From: Mytilus trossulus
Taxonomy: Eukaryota
Reading direction: 5' to 3'
DNA: 64,000 bases
NCBI RefSeq assembly: GCF_036588685.1
Contig: NC_086377.1
Coordinates: 69,068,001-69,132,000 of the forward strand
Shown here: positions 1 to 12,645 of the stretch, piece after piece
Layout: the number at the start of each line of letters is the position of its first letter
How positions within the stretch are numbered: position 1 is the first letter of the stretch
Translations under genes and position numbers: made by a program
Notes under the pieces: model-generated
The model's input: the letters and a program-made list of their open reading frames with translations, nothing else
Told to the model about the DNA's origin: nothing
Database searches by the model: none

Positions 1-679
1 TTGAGACGAGATGTGATGCTAAATCACTGAATGATGTTTTATCAATGCCTGTTAAACTGATATACTCTGCATCACTTAATGTGGAGTCTTTATCAAAATT
101 CAATCTTTTGTCTTCATTTTTTAGGAGTAGCATTCTTATTTTTTGAAGAAGGTCCAAAATATCACTTCGGTTAAAATCTGTTGTTTTTCTTAAGTCAGAT
201 AAACATTCAATGGCTTGTTCACTGAAATTCTCATCAGAAATATGACCAGGGCAACATCTCGCTCCTGCAGGTATTATAATATTATTTTGTATAAATGTAG
301 TTAGCCTTGTTGAGGAAGAAACAACAATTAGTTTAGGACCTCGTTTCCTGCAAACGAAGCAGGTTGAGTGGCTTCCACCTATTGAAGACAGCGACAACGT
401 TATAGTTTTAGGCGAAACAAGTGTCTGTTGTGATGTGCTTGCTGCTGGTAGTACCTGTTTGTCTGGTTTAGCATTGGTAATTGACTTGTCATCATATTGT
501 CTGTAATAATTACGTCTACATGCTCCACATATAACATCACAACTATCAACAATAAGGAAAAAATATTTGTACAAGTATTTGCGTAGTCCTTTATTACTTT
601 CTCCACCAAGAAACCGTCTATCATGATGTTTTGTCCTCTTAGTACAGAGAACACACGTAAATCGTGCTACTTTAGACAT
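1..679 (-). CDS. N-terminal part of a PIF/Harbinger-related (ISL2EU-like, DDE_Tnp_4-type) transposase; open to the window edge
   Basis: Manual translation from ATG at 679 is open for 226 codons to position 1: MSKVARFTCVLCTKR...ICGACRRNYY...STCFVCRKRGPKL...IIIPAGARCCPGH...RLNFDKDSTLSDAEYISLTGIDKTSFSDL. It is absent from the ORF track because there is no stop in the window. A polypyrimidine-CAG acceptor lies just upstream. The Cys clusters and the 'LNFD...Y..LTG..K..F.DL' helix are recalled from this transposase family; the catalytic domain lies outside the window. Confidence 0.65.
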   Translation of the reverse strand, partial: MSKVARFTCVLCTKRTKHHDRRFLGGESNKGLRKYLYKYFFLIVDSCDVICGACRRNYYRQYDDKSITNAKPDKQVLPAASTSQQTLVSPKTITLSLSSIGGSHSTCFVCRKRGPKLIVVSSSTRLTTFIQNNIIIPAGARCCPGHISDENFSEQAIECLSDLRKTTDFNRSDILDLLQKIRMLLLKNEDKRLNFDKDSTLSDAEYISLTGIDKTSFSDLASHLVS

Positions 680-2872
680 ATCCTGAAAGATGAAATAGAA
701 TATTATTGGTATTAACAAAGAAATTCAATTTCAATTACAAGTAAATCATTAATATTTTTTTCTATTTTGAAACTGTGCGTGTACTGTTTTAAATTCAGCT
801 TAAAATTAAACCCGTTCAAATATGAAGAAATCATGGAGTAGACGGCAAACTAACAACACACTACAACTAAAAGAGACAATGAATTACAAATTGTTACATT
901 TGAATAATAAAAGAAAACGTGAATGTTAGTATTCGTATTTAATCATATCTATTCTATTTTATTTTATATTTTATTCTGTGATTTATCTGCTTCAACTACT
1001 CGTAGAGCTCAAATCTGTTATATTTCTTGTTAATAGAGAATGCGATTTGAATAAAAATAAGACGAAAAGAGAACCATAAACAGTTTTAATTATTTATATA
1101 CTAGTAGACGTATGCGAATCGCTGTAAATTGTCCTATCCTTTGAGATGCACCATTGTATGTGCAACTAGTATGCTCTGATTTACACTGTTTAAAGCATGC
1201 ACAAAGAATAGATGTGGTATAATGAAACTTCGTATTGCAGTATAATGATTACTTTAGATATAGGCGTATTATCACACATACCTTGTCTTTTAATATTGGT
1301 AGATTAATATGTTTCTTCTATCTTCTTCATAAAAAAAGAGTCTGAAACAGAATATAGTTTTTTTTTTATTGTAGTATAAAAACAATCTCATTTAAAGAAG
1401 CTGTTAATTTTCGCTCTGATACCCGAGTATGACTTCATCGGATTTTATTACAGATAGTCTATAAAGAGTTTAATCAACAAAGTGAAAATAATTGAGTTCG
1501 TTAAAAACATTATTTAATGTTGTCATGTAACATAAATTATACAACTCCGTTTCTTTTGAAAGAAAAAAACAAAAAAGAAAATATTTCGGCATGTGTGAGG
1601 TTCGATCTCAGACGGCATTTTCCAAACGCCACGATCTAACGATCGCAGCTATGAAAACAACATTTATTGCAAAAACCTTGGTCTGTTACTACAAACACAC
1701 AGATACCGACTAGTTTTCTTTTTTTCCCCCAGTTTTTCTTAGTACTTTATTTGCCGGTTTCTTTCGCTTTGATTTTGTAAAGATCGAGATAAATACTTTT
1801 GAATGAAATTTCTCACTGGAATGTAAAAAGAAATATAGCGTTGTGTTCATTTTGTTTTAAATTCATGTTCGCTTCATTGATCGATTCTAACTTCAATTCT
1901 TTAACTATTTCTAACATTTTTTTTTTTTTACATTTCTCATATTTACCTCCAATTAAGTCAAACAGCACCATATTCTTCATCTTTCTGCTTACAATAAACG
2001 TAATCATACCGATATTTCAGATTTGTTGCTACAGTATTTATGTCACCACTTTGCAGATCCGCATAATCATGATAATCATGATCGAACCACAAGTGCGGAA
2101 AGTTTAAACCGGAGTTCCGAAACCTCTAGACTTGAATGACTGTATTTTGTACCATTATAGATCTTAGTACAACGATCTACTACAAATTATTATCAAGATT
2201 GAGGCACTATAACCCAATAAGATAAGCAAAGTTATTTTTGGCAAAATTGGCTTTTTTTTTAATCCGGGCTTATCCGTTATCGCAGTCTACTATCTAGAAG
2301 TCACCGTACAAATTCGTTGTTTTTCAGTAAGATTTTTTTTACGTACTAAGTCTCAATAAATAATTTGAATACATTCTTAATGTTTCTAGACATGTTTTAA
2401 TTTTTTGGTAATTAAAAGTTAAGAATATTCAAGAAATAGGAATGCACAAATCGGGTTTTGGTAGAAGAATCTCACTATAAAGCCACTATCCTAGGCTAGT
2501 ATTGCACTGCTTGAAAATGAAAAAGTTAAAATAAAGTATCGCACCAAGCTTGCACCAAAAAGAATTTTTAGGGGATGTTTAAAAAGTACATGCTTAACAA
2601 CATATTATTTTTTTTCTTTGGTGCAAGCATGGTGCGTTGGTCAAAATAGAGAAAGAACATAGTATTTTTGTTATTTTTTGTACATTTCTATAATTTGACG
2701 TCATTAACACCCACCATTATGACGTCATCAACATGTTTTTTTTTTATTGCAACAACACTTCTCAACTCTATGAATCATGTTTTAGTAAATTATCGCAAAA
2801 AATCGGCAAAATATAACTTTTAATTTTTTTGAAAATCTGGGGCCATTTTAGGCTGTTATAGCCCCTACTCCT
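1..2872 (-). mobile_element. Probable left arm of the DNA transposon carrying the 1-679 transposase
   Basis: Candidate terminus AGGAGTAGGGGCTATAAC (minus strand, from 2872) abuts TTA (2873-2875), consistent with a TWA TSD. The partner end is outside the window. Confidence 0.35.
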
Positions 2873-4322
2873 TTAGTTCTAGAAGTTTTTGTTAAAATGA
2901 AAGTTTTTACAAATGAAACCTTAAATTTCAAGCATGTCAAGAGAAGATAACATTGCACCATATGCCAAAAAAGTATAAAATATAACAGAATTGGCAAAAT
3001 TTCAAACCTACAATGTATTTAAATATAAAATAACAAAACTACATGCGCAGCAAGAAAGTAATAAATTGTTATCATTGATAATAAAACAGGTCAATGTTAA
3101 CTTCTTTTTAACACCGGATATATATGATCCCCAAGGGGAATGAAAGTTTCTGACACAGATGCCGATAATAACGGCGGACACATGCTGACTATATCCCAAA
3201 TTCTTAAAAATGTGTTGGGATAAAAAGTTCCAGTGTGTCCAAATGACTTTAAAGTACAAATTACATCTTAAAAGGGACATCATTTTGTTCAGTTTAAAAA
3301 GATTTAATAATAATGTGGTTGTAAACCTACTTGCTCCTGATGAATCCAACATCCTGGAGTAAAGTCAAATATGTTCTCTACCCATTTTCAGAAGAATCTT
3401 GTGTACTTGAATCGCTTTATTCTACAAATTTCTCCTTTTTGTTGTCGAGACAGGCATGTGATCTTGGTCAACATCTGTATTATCTGGGGGTGAATGTAGT
3501 GGATTTGATGTTATTGCATTGACATTATTTATATTTTTATGAATAATATTCTTTACACCAAAAATGTTATTTATAAACAAACGTATGAGTTTGGTAATGA
3601 CAAGTAAGACAGAGTTGTATATTATACATCTGATAGTTCAAAATGGAAAGTTAAATGTTATCAGCCGTGTACACTGATCAATACCTGCAGAAGTGAAATG
3701 ATGCATGAACTTGCAAGCCCGACAGGAAATCGCTTGAATACCTAGACGTGTCACCTCACACCCCTCACAATACCTTTGGAAGTAAAACCTTTAGTCATGC
3801 TGGTGATCAGATGAGGGGAGATCAGAATTTATTTGAAAAAAAGTTTATTACTTTAAAGAATTATGAACAAATTAGATTTTCGAAAACAATTTTCACGGAA
3901 CATCATTTTCAGATTTCAACTTTGACTTTATACCTCATTCCAATATTAACAGTTTAAAAACAACAGACCACGGTAATTAAAAAAAAAGAATATTTCCCGT
4001 ATCAAGTTAGTTAGTCGGACAAAACAACCGTACCATTGACAAGATATCGACACGCAATTACGACTACATCGGTTACTATAGTTTTGTTTCTTTGTGGTTT
4101 ATAGACATATCGGTGTTATACATCGGGAAAGAAAACAAAATGGCTGAACGGAGAAAATTGATACTCAAAATTTAAAATCGATGGTGATCGCTTATCTATT
4201 GGAATAAAACTTTAATATATATGAATTTGAGTATTTTTATACAGAATGAAAATAATATCAATTTTTGATTATTTTGCGAAGTTTCCCTTTAATTGCAGGT
4301 TAATAAATTCCTTGATTATATA

Positions 4323-4412
4323 CACAGGCACTTGTCTCAAAAAAAATATTCCTATATACCTTAATATATTAAGGTATATAGGAAATTTTTTTTTTAGAAA
4401 CAAGTGCCTGTG
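4323..4412. mobile_element. 90-bp near-perfect palindromic MITE with 8-bp TSD
   Basis: CACAGGCACTTGT...TTCCTATATACCTTAATA|TATTAAGGTATATAGGAA...ACAAGTGCCTGTG, flanked by ATTATATA at 4315-4322 and 4413-4420. Confidence 0.8.
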
Positions 4413-4470
4413 ATTATATACTGTAATTACCATGTTAATATATAAATAAATATATTAAACTATATATCCA

Positions 4471-4514
4471 GTCGGGAGAAGACCGAGTGACCATATTATT
4501 ATACCCCAGTCACC
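4471..4514 (-). repeat. Head-only fragment of the SINE-like family at 58266-58679
   Basis: gtcgggagaagaccgagtgaccatattattataccccagtcacc matches 58636-58679. Confidence 0.75.
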
Positions 4515-5149
4515 CTTGGGGTTGTAATCACAGGAAGTAAGAAAAGTAAAATCACAAAAATACTAAACTTCAATTAGGAAAATCCATTAATCACATGACA
4601 AAATCAAGTAACAAAACGCATCTAAAACAAATTGACATTGACTATCATATTCCTTATTTGGTACAGGAATTTTCAAATGGTGGATAACACTCTAACTTAA
4701 ATAACCGTCTCATAAAATTCCGTTATATTTACATTGGTGCGTTAAATAAATAACCACTATAAATAAAATAGTCAAAATATGGGTACATCAGTCATCATCG
4801 TATAACAATTTTAACAGGAACAATTTAACAGAACACAAAAACATCAACTTTCTACGAACACGCTGATTGATTTGAGAGTTTACATCGGCAATGTAAGCAT
4901 ACAGGGTTAAAAAATCAAAAGTATGCAAGGATAAATTTCAGAAATAGACCAGAGTTAAACTAGTCCCAAAGTTATATATAGAATTTGTAAGAATCCAAAA
5001 ATAGTTAATTCCACTGCGCGATTGAATGATTTTGACGTTTGTGGTTCAACGTAAATAGTAATTCATAATAGAAATATATCATAATGTCATTTAATATAAC
5101 AAATATCATACTGACGGGATCTTTTACAGTACATAGATTATTTGAGAAG

Positions 5150-5370
5150 GTGATACAGAATATTTATCAACAAGGTCTTGGTACCTTCCGATGAACTTTT
5201 TTTCAGAAAAAGGACGATACGTTCTTTGACATAACCCTGGTTCATCATCTTTCTACTCAGATACTGATGACGTTTTATAAAGTCTGAGTAGGAGCTTCAA
5301 GCTCTTGAATATCGAATAAGTTGGGGAAATATATATCCAGTATGCAGGTGAAGTTTGTATATTGCTACTA
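5150..5370 (-). pseudogene. Penelope-like element reverse transcriptase C-terminal (thumb) remnant
   Basis: Minus-strand translation with frameshifts and a stop: SSNIQTSPAYWIYIS/QLIRYSRA*SSYSDFIKRHQYLSRKMMNQGYVKERIVLFLKK/FIGRYQDLVDKY, matching the recalled PLE motif SNIP..PAYG.YISQLIRY.RAC. Confidence 0.7.
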
Positions 5371-5425
5371 AAAGGGGGGGGGGGGGGGGGTTGTATAAAT
5401 AATATCTTTAAAGGATAGGTTATTA

Positions 5426-5475
5426 TTTTCTTTGACGCCTTACTAGTTACTTCGAAAGTAAGGCGTCAAAGAAAA
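5426..5475. repeat. Perfect 19-bp inverted repeat (hairpin), probably the core of a tiny palindromic element
   Basis: TTTTCTTTGACGCCTTACT (5426-5444), 12-nt loop, AGTAAGGCGTCAAAGAAAA (5457-5475). Confidence 0.85.
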
Positions 5476-7569
5476 CAAATATAATAGCCTTTTAACACGT
5501 CATAATTATTTGGAGTAGTTATGATGAAGAAAAGTTAGCACCAGCAAATAAGTTATGTTACTTTGGACGAATGGCATGATGTATATAAGTACAATGTATT
5601 CATAACTAATGGCACATTGGTGGGTTTGTTCCCTCTTTTGTTTGGCCAATCAATGCATATAAATAGAGACATATAGTTGGACCCCCCCCCCTTTTTTTGC
5701 CTGGGTTTGGAACCCCTCCTTTATAAAATGGCTGGATCCGCCCCTGTGGAAATGGAAATGCATGTATTTGCACTTTATAATAGTTTATGCATCTTATTAA
5801 AAAAAAGGCGATAAGAGGCATAGATTCATGTTTTTTTTTTTATTTAATTCATTCATTTTCCTAAATTATCTGACACACGCGGAACTTTCATAATTTGTGT
5901 GGACCATAGGATCAACAAGCACCTGTGAGGAAAAAACCCTGCGTTTCGTTGTCTTTCGTATAAAGATGATGGATACTGGCCATGGTTGAAATTAAATATT
6001 GCAACACGTGGTTATATCTGATCTATCCGATGCACAAGGCATGCATGCCGTCTGCATTGTTTTAATATATCTCTAGATTATAATACCTGAAAGCGATAAA
6101 TTACACCATGATTATCCTTCTAAATCATGTTTTGCCCCGACATTGGATCATATTAAATCAATTTTCCATTTGTTCTCAACAGTTTCTTCAATCAGGTCGT
6201 TTTAATCTCAACTGACAACTGAAGGCTGCTTCAATTATCTTCAATTAACAGACTGACTTGCAAACTACAAGCTTCACGACTACATTGAATTTCCAAATGA
6301 GGTAAAGAGTGGGCGGAGCTTAAACTCCGCTTGCGATCTTTCTTTTGATAAATACAGCTTTCACTCAAATTATTTCCATTATTTGATGTGAAAAAACCTT
6401 ATAATATGAAAAAAAACAACATTTGAGATATATTTCATTATTTATGCGATACGCGTAGCTTACCTATTGCTACATTTAGTACTGTGTCTGCAACGTCAAA
6501 AGTCGCCCGCCATTAAACATTTTGATGCAGATAGGGGAAATAACTCCTGCACTATTTTTTTATTCGGTTTTGCGGGAAAATCACCTTAATGCCGCTGCGT
6601 TCTAAAGAGTTTCCAGTTGATACCACGTGGAGGTGTGACTTGGACTTGTTCATATTAACTCATTTATCAACCTTTTTCTTTTTGTTTATTATGTAAGAAG
6701 ATTTTTGAATTCAACATTTTTTTATTAGCTTGTTGCCATACAAGTTTAATTCAACACGACCTTTTCCAATGTAAAAATAATGCTTCATTAGATGGCAGGA
6801 AAAAATCTTCAGATGGAACTCTACAGTACAGTGCATCTCTAATGTATGAAAGCCAAATATAGTGATTTTCTAGCGGGCTTAATATTTCTACAAAAAACAG
6901 ATTGAAATAAATAATGGGGATAGTCGATTATATCCTTTAAGAAGGCAGAGGAACATTTCCAGCACCTGTATACGGAATTGATACGACATTCCCGTGCTTG
7001 CATTTCATTTCACAATTTCTTGATAGAGGGTTACTGCTCTATGTGTTATTTTGCTGTTGGGTTTCTGTCTTATTGATGTTAACCACATACCTCCTTTTAT
7101 TCGTACACAAAAACAAATAGCACAATCAGCATTTATATTGTGATACAAAACAGTTTTAAGAATCATACAAGCTTACAGTAAATTAATTCAATATTCATTG
7201 GGAAATTCAGGAAATTTTATGTTTTCTATAGCATTATGCTTACAGTACCATGCATGCAAAAAAATTATTGGTACAGCAGTTTTGCGATATTAACATAAAA
7301 AATAGAATTGTCTTTGCTTTTAAACTACAAAATCATATCAACAATGACGTTATAATTTAAAAAAAAAAGATGTACTATGAAAACAAGTCAATTCATGTTT
7401 ATCAAATTTGCTTATTCTCATTTTTCATGCTTACATGTAGATATTCAATTTTTTTCACTGTACATCGCATAGAACCAGTGATCGTTAAATATCATTGACG
7501 CTCGAATCCAAAAAAGGCTAAATAAAGTACGTAGTTTACGAGCATTGAGGACCAAAATCTCTAAAAATG

Positions 7570-7802
7570 TTGCCTTGCAACAGGCCACCTACGGACCCCT
7601 CAACGAGTTGTTACAAGGGTTCTTAACGTGCGAATAGCGTGGCACTCTCTTTACACGAGGCCATGGATGTAACGTTCCCCTTCTGACCGGACGTGACTGC
7701 GAACTTGATACATCCCGCACAGCCAAACAGACGCCCGCTTCGGCAAGAGTTTTACTGCCGGTCGGGAGAAGACCAAGTGACCATAGTTCAATACCCGTCA
7801 CC
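7570..7802 (-). repeat. SINE-like family copy (5' half)
   Basis: High identity to 58446-58679; ends at the same GGTGAC head. Confidence 0.85.
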
Positions 7803-7939
7803 CTTTGGGACAGCTAAAAAAAACATGAGGAGAAGAGAAAACAGAGAGGAAAGGAAGCGCAGAAGGAAATGGAAAGTTTGAAGCCAAAACAAGGAAAAAA
7901 GAAACGAAATAACAAGGCTACGAACAATGGGGAAAATAA

Positions 7940-8030
7940 ATCTTGCTATAAATGTGAGAGTGAAATTGAAGTAATGGTGTTATCAATCAAATGTGATAAC
8001 TGTGAACGTCTCTTCCACAAAGTGGCGCAA
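7940..8030 (+). pseudogene. PHD-finger-like fragment (likely TE derived)
   Basis: SCYKC...SIKCDNCERLFH (C2-C2-H spacing of a PHD finger); truncated. Confidence 0.35.
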
Positions 8031-8772
8031 ATTTTTCGCAGTGTGGAGTTTTAGAAGGAGAATCTGAACCTGATTACTTTGATTGTGAATTTTGTTAACT
8101 GTTTGATATGACTAATTATTGTTGAATTATCTATTTAGATAAATAAATTATTTAATGTTTTAATAAATCTCTTCTATAATAACTAACTAACTAACTACTC
8201 CGTGACTTCTGTTATTCAGTATAAAATCTGGTACAAAAAGATGAGCTGAAATACAAAATGTACATGAAAACATAGAAAAACAAAACAACAATAAAACACA
8301 AAGAGACAGCAATACAACAAATAATAGTCAAAACACTCACATTTATATTATTGTTTGTTCATAATAATAATATGAAATGTTGGCCGGTAAACGTCAATTA
8401 GAGAGTACTTCAATGCAAACAAAGATGGAATACTGTTTTACATTTTTTACACTTTCTTGCTCACTAGGTGAATTGGGCTGTGGATGCTATATAGTATGAG
8501 AACTGTCCCTGTCTCAGTCATCACTAATAGCTTAATTTGTGTAACACTCACACTTTCAAATCAATAAAATTACAAATTATTAAACTGTCGAGAAATAATG
8601 CTTGTTTTGTTCGTCCTTAACTCATAGGTCACGCAAACTGAGGAAGATAATAACGTAACAAGTCTATTTAATTCATTTCGATTGTTAATTTCATAATATT
8701 ATCATAAGAACAATCGTAAACACATTTTTTTGCTTCTCGACTTTTAAATTGCTACCATTTTCTTCATTTCAG

Positions 8773-9167
8773 GATTAGCTAGGTCTTTGAACACTATTGT
8801 TATTCCAAACATTTACATCACTGGGGTCAAGTTCTACTTGCCAAAGAATCCTGTTATTGGAACTATTTTTCATGCCCAGATAGACAGAAATAATAATTAT
8901 GACACAAAAGCCATTGCTGTAAAAACACTCGACTCACACAATGTTGTGGGATATCTTACCAGACAATCTGCTCAAGCGATGTATCCACTTATTGAGGAAG
9001 GACATGGTTCTATGGGGAAATATTTTTTGATAATTACCAAAGATCCAGCATTTTATGGTGGGAAGATAGTTCAAATATGCTCTCTGAAAATGCAGATACA
9101 AGAAAGAGATTTTGAAAATGTTAAGAACATGTTGTGTGCAGCAGATGTGAAATTTGGTACATATTGA
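8773..9167 (+). CDS. HIRAN-domain-encoding terminal exon
   Basis: Acceptor ttttcttcatttcag| at 8772; ITGVKFY...DRNNNYDTKAIAV...VVGYLTRQSAQAMYPLI is the HIRAN pattern (G..Y, N..D.NAI.V, .GY.....A..L.PL). Open to stop at 9167. Confidence 0.7.
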
Positions 9168-10606
9168 CAGTTTTCAACAAAAGGCAATCTTTTCCGAAGG
9201 TCGATACTGTTTTTTTAAAAATCTGAAAAGTGGCCGAAAATTGACGACCTTCCGATGATATTAAATATGTAGGCTATAAATAAAATAAAACGATAATCCG
9301 CATGAGCAGACTTAGTTAACTGATGCATTTATAACAAATATGAATAATTTGACTGGAATCCTATCGAAAAATAAATGGCCGGAAATAGTCGAAGTCCGGC
9401 CGAAGTTTGACGATCTATGCCGAAAACACCCTACGATGTTTGATGTGATCATGAACTTTTCCATATCTTGTCCTCAGTCAGATATTTAATATTGCACTAA
9501 CATTCCATAGGTTAACAACCAAATTCATCAAGTTTGACTAAAAATACATTTAACGTTTTAGTGTGTAACCAGTAGATGAGAAAGTAGGTTAAGTGGCCGA
9601 ATATACCCGAAAACACTCTAGTGGAAAGTGAAGTTTCAAGTTATTGATAGCGTCTTTTCAGTCGTCATCATAAACTCTTGCATGAAGTTATTCTCGTATG
9701 AAAAATGAACTAGTCATTCAAGCTATTAAGGAAGTCTAGTTGTAAACTAGTTTTTTTAAATTCTTTGAAATTTCAACTTTCATCAATTTATTTTTATTAA
9801 TTTTGGTCTAAATTTTCAATTCACATAAAATAAATAAAAAGGTCTTTTCACTACATCAATATTTATAATGAAGCTACAAATTAAACAATTATAAAAGTCA
9901 AAATATGTTTATTTCAGACTGGTAGTTACAATGCAGATTGCAATCTCTTAGTTTCACCCCCTTTATTTCAAGCAATAAGATGATTCGCGCACATATTTTT
10001 TTACTCTAAATTTTTCAGATTCTTAAGAATTTGTTTATAAAATCTTATATTGACCACATACAATGTTTAAGTAGGAGGAAATGCTTAAAAGCAGTGTTTT
10101 CGCAGATGGCGGTATTTTGGGCAACTGTATGAGTTGTTATGATTTGCTATTTGATAAGAAGTAAGCATAATTTTAGGAAATTTAATGATGTCAAAAACTT
10201 CTTTGATATTCATTACAGGGTAATTTAGTTATTAGAGATTAGCAGTTGCACCAGAAAAAAAAATTTGGATTTCACACATTTTGTTAACTTTTACTCGAAT
10301 TTCAGGAAACATGTGCACTCTGTCAAAAACACGCTTTTAATATTAAAAAATGAATTTGAATAATGACTGTTAATCTCTCTGCTAAAAGTTTTAATTGTTA
10401 GCATATGTGAATTTAGTATATAAAAGTCATATAAAGCAATCAGGCTGAAATCTTCGAAAATATGCACTTTTTCGTTCTTGGCCTTTGATCTCGATTTGAC
10501 GGAAATTGCACCGTAAGATTTTTTTACGACCGGGCAAAACAGATAGTACAGCTGTGTAGCTTTAAAATGATATAAATTTAATTTTATTGTAAAAGTCACT
10601 CGCCTA

Positions 10607-11562
10607 TTACAGTTTGTGTCATATATGTGACCTTGTCAGGGACTAAGAATTCAGGATGTCAAATGACATTTTGGGTGGGAAATTAAAGTACAACATGAAG
10701 AGTGGTTTATCTAGACCTACAAAGTACAAGGACGTTATTTTGCTGTCAGATCTCCATAAAGTTAGTACATATCTTATTCTGCTAGAAACCCAGTCCTTCT
10801 TCGCCATAGGGTTTGGTACAACTTAGTTATGCATTTTGTCTCACGGAGTCTAGAATTCCTCCAGCAATTGGAGCCGAACTATGTATGTAGGAAAGACTAC
10901 CATGCAATTAATTGGTGGTTGTGGTATATGAGGAAGAGCTCAGGCAGTTGGGCCCTGAGGTACAGGGGAGCCCTGGGGCTTCGGTAGAGGCAGAAGGGGG
11001 GCCTGAGGGCGACACTGAGGTTGAGGTGAAAAAAAGGGGGGGGGGGGGGGTGAAGAGCAAGAAAAAAGCTCCCAGTGAGGTGGCAACACATTCGGGGCGA
11101 CAGACTGGATAGGGTTCACGCCGGAGCCCATCGTGAGGTTTTGGGAGTCCTGAAGAGCGTTGCAGTGAATCGCAACTAAATAGCCATACCCTCCCCAAGA
11201 AAATCAAATGGTTGTTGCCTAATAGGTTAGCAATAAACAGTTGGGAATTATTCATTTTTTTCATTCCCTTTTCATTGCTTTCTTGCAATATTTAGCTTAC
11301 AGTTTGTGTCATATATGTGACCTTGTCAGGGACTAAGAATTCAGGATGTCAAATGACATTTTGGGTGGGAAATTAAAGTACAAGATGAAGAGTGGTTTAT
11401 CTCAGACCTACAAAGTACAAGAACGTTATTTTGCTGTCAGATCTCCATAAAGTTAGTACATATCTGTAATCTGCTAGAAACCCAGTCCTTCTTCGCTATA
11501 GGGTTTGGTACAACTTAGTTATGCATTTTGTCTCACGGGGTCTAGAATTCCTCCAGCAATTG
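10607..11562 (+). repeat. Two ~265-bp direct repeats (10607-10870, 11297-11562) around a 426-bp GC-richer spacer
   Basis: ttacagtttgtgtcatatatgtgacc...gaattcctccagcaattg occurs twice with only a few differences. Confidence 0.9.
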
Positions 11563-12045
11563 AATCTTGCATCGTTCAAATTCCAAAAAAGATGAAAATG
11601 ACAGAAATTATGTTACACTATCAAATGAAACACGTCAAAAAAACTGGCAAGGTGAACTTGGCAATTCAGAAGCTTATAGATATTTGTAGAAAATGTAACC
11701 AAATCTGCCCTCAATGTAGTGATACAGAAAACTCAAGAGAAGGATTAAGAGACAAAGTCGGGATTTCAAGAAAAAAAGGACTGAACTTCAGACAAAAAAG
11801 AATAAGAAAGAAAGGAGACTTAATATCCATGAATCTGTTTCCTATCAATCTGAAGTTGCGACAATAGGATTATTAGATACTGAGGCCATTAACTATACCA
11901 ACGCCAGTAAAAATGTCCTATATTAGCTATATTTAAAGATGAATTCTTTGATATGCCGTTTTTACTTGATGACGACTGACGAATTGGACCTCGTTATTTG
12001 AGTATAATAGATTGATATATTTATATATATACAATTATTTGATAG

Positions 12046-12645
12046 GGGTAAAAAATTCACGAAAGACTATTCCAGACTTGGAGAACTTCGAAGCATTTTC
12101 CCAAATGCAGTTATGCTTGCCCTGACAGCATCTGCCACACATCAATTCAGAAAAGAAATTGCATGTTATTTACAAATGCAAGACTACAAATTAGTACTCT
12201 CATCATGTTACAGAAGTAATATCTTCTACTTTTGCCAAGAGGCTCCATATTCCGTGACCGAAACTTTTACTTGGCTCAGCTCAGTAATTCAACTGATAGG
12301 AGATAGTACACAAAAGACAGTTATATACTACCGAAATATTGAAGCTTGTTCTCAAGTTTAAGCACTATTTTTTTTAGATAAGCTTAGTATTGACCATTCC
12401 TATTGTGGAGAATCATCCTCCAAAAATTGTTTATTTGCTATGTTTCATCATGCTACAATGGACAAAAACAAGAGAAATATCTTGGACAATTTTTTTTTAA
12501 TCAGATTGTAAAACAAGAGATATTTTAGCCACAACAGCATTTGGAATGGCCATTAATGTTCCAGATATCCGATATGGAATTCACCGGGGAGCGCCTAAAA
12601 GTCTGAATGGTTTATGCAGGAGAGTGGTAGGGCAAGTATAGACGG
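12046..12645 (+). pseudogene. RecQ-like SF2 helicase fragment (AcademH-type transposon helicase)
   Basis: After acceptor gatag|: GKKFTKDYSRLGELRSIFPNAVMLALTASA (motif III)...RSNIFY...KTVIYYRNI (IV)...FAMFHHAT...ILATTAFGMAINVPDIRYGIHRGAPKS (V)...MQESGRASIDG (VI); contains a stop and frameshifts. Confidence 0.8.

Noticed and set aside
8462-8478. CACTAG as left TIR pairing with 9623
   Set aside because: Only 6 bp match exactly, there are no subterminal repeats, and the flanks (GCT versus GAA) are not a TSD.
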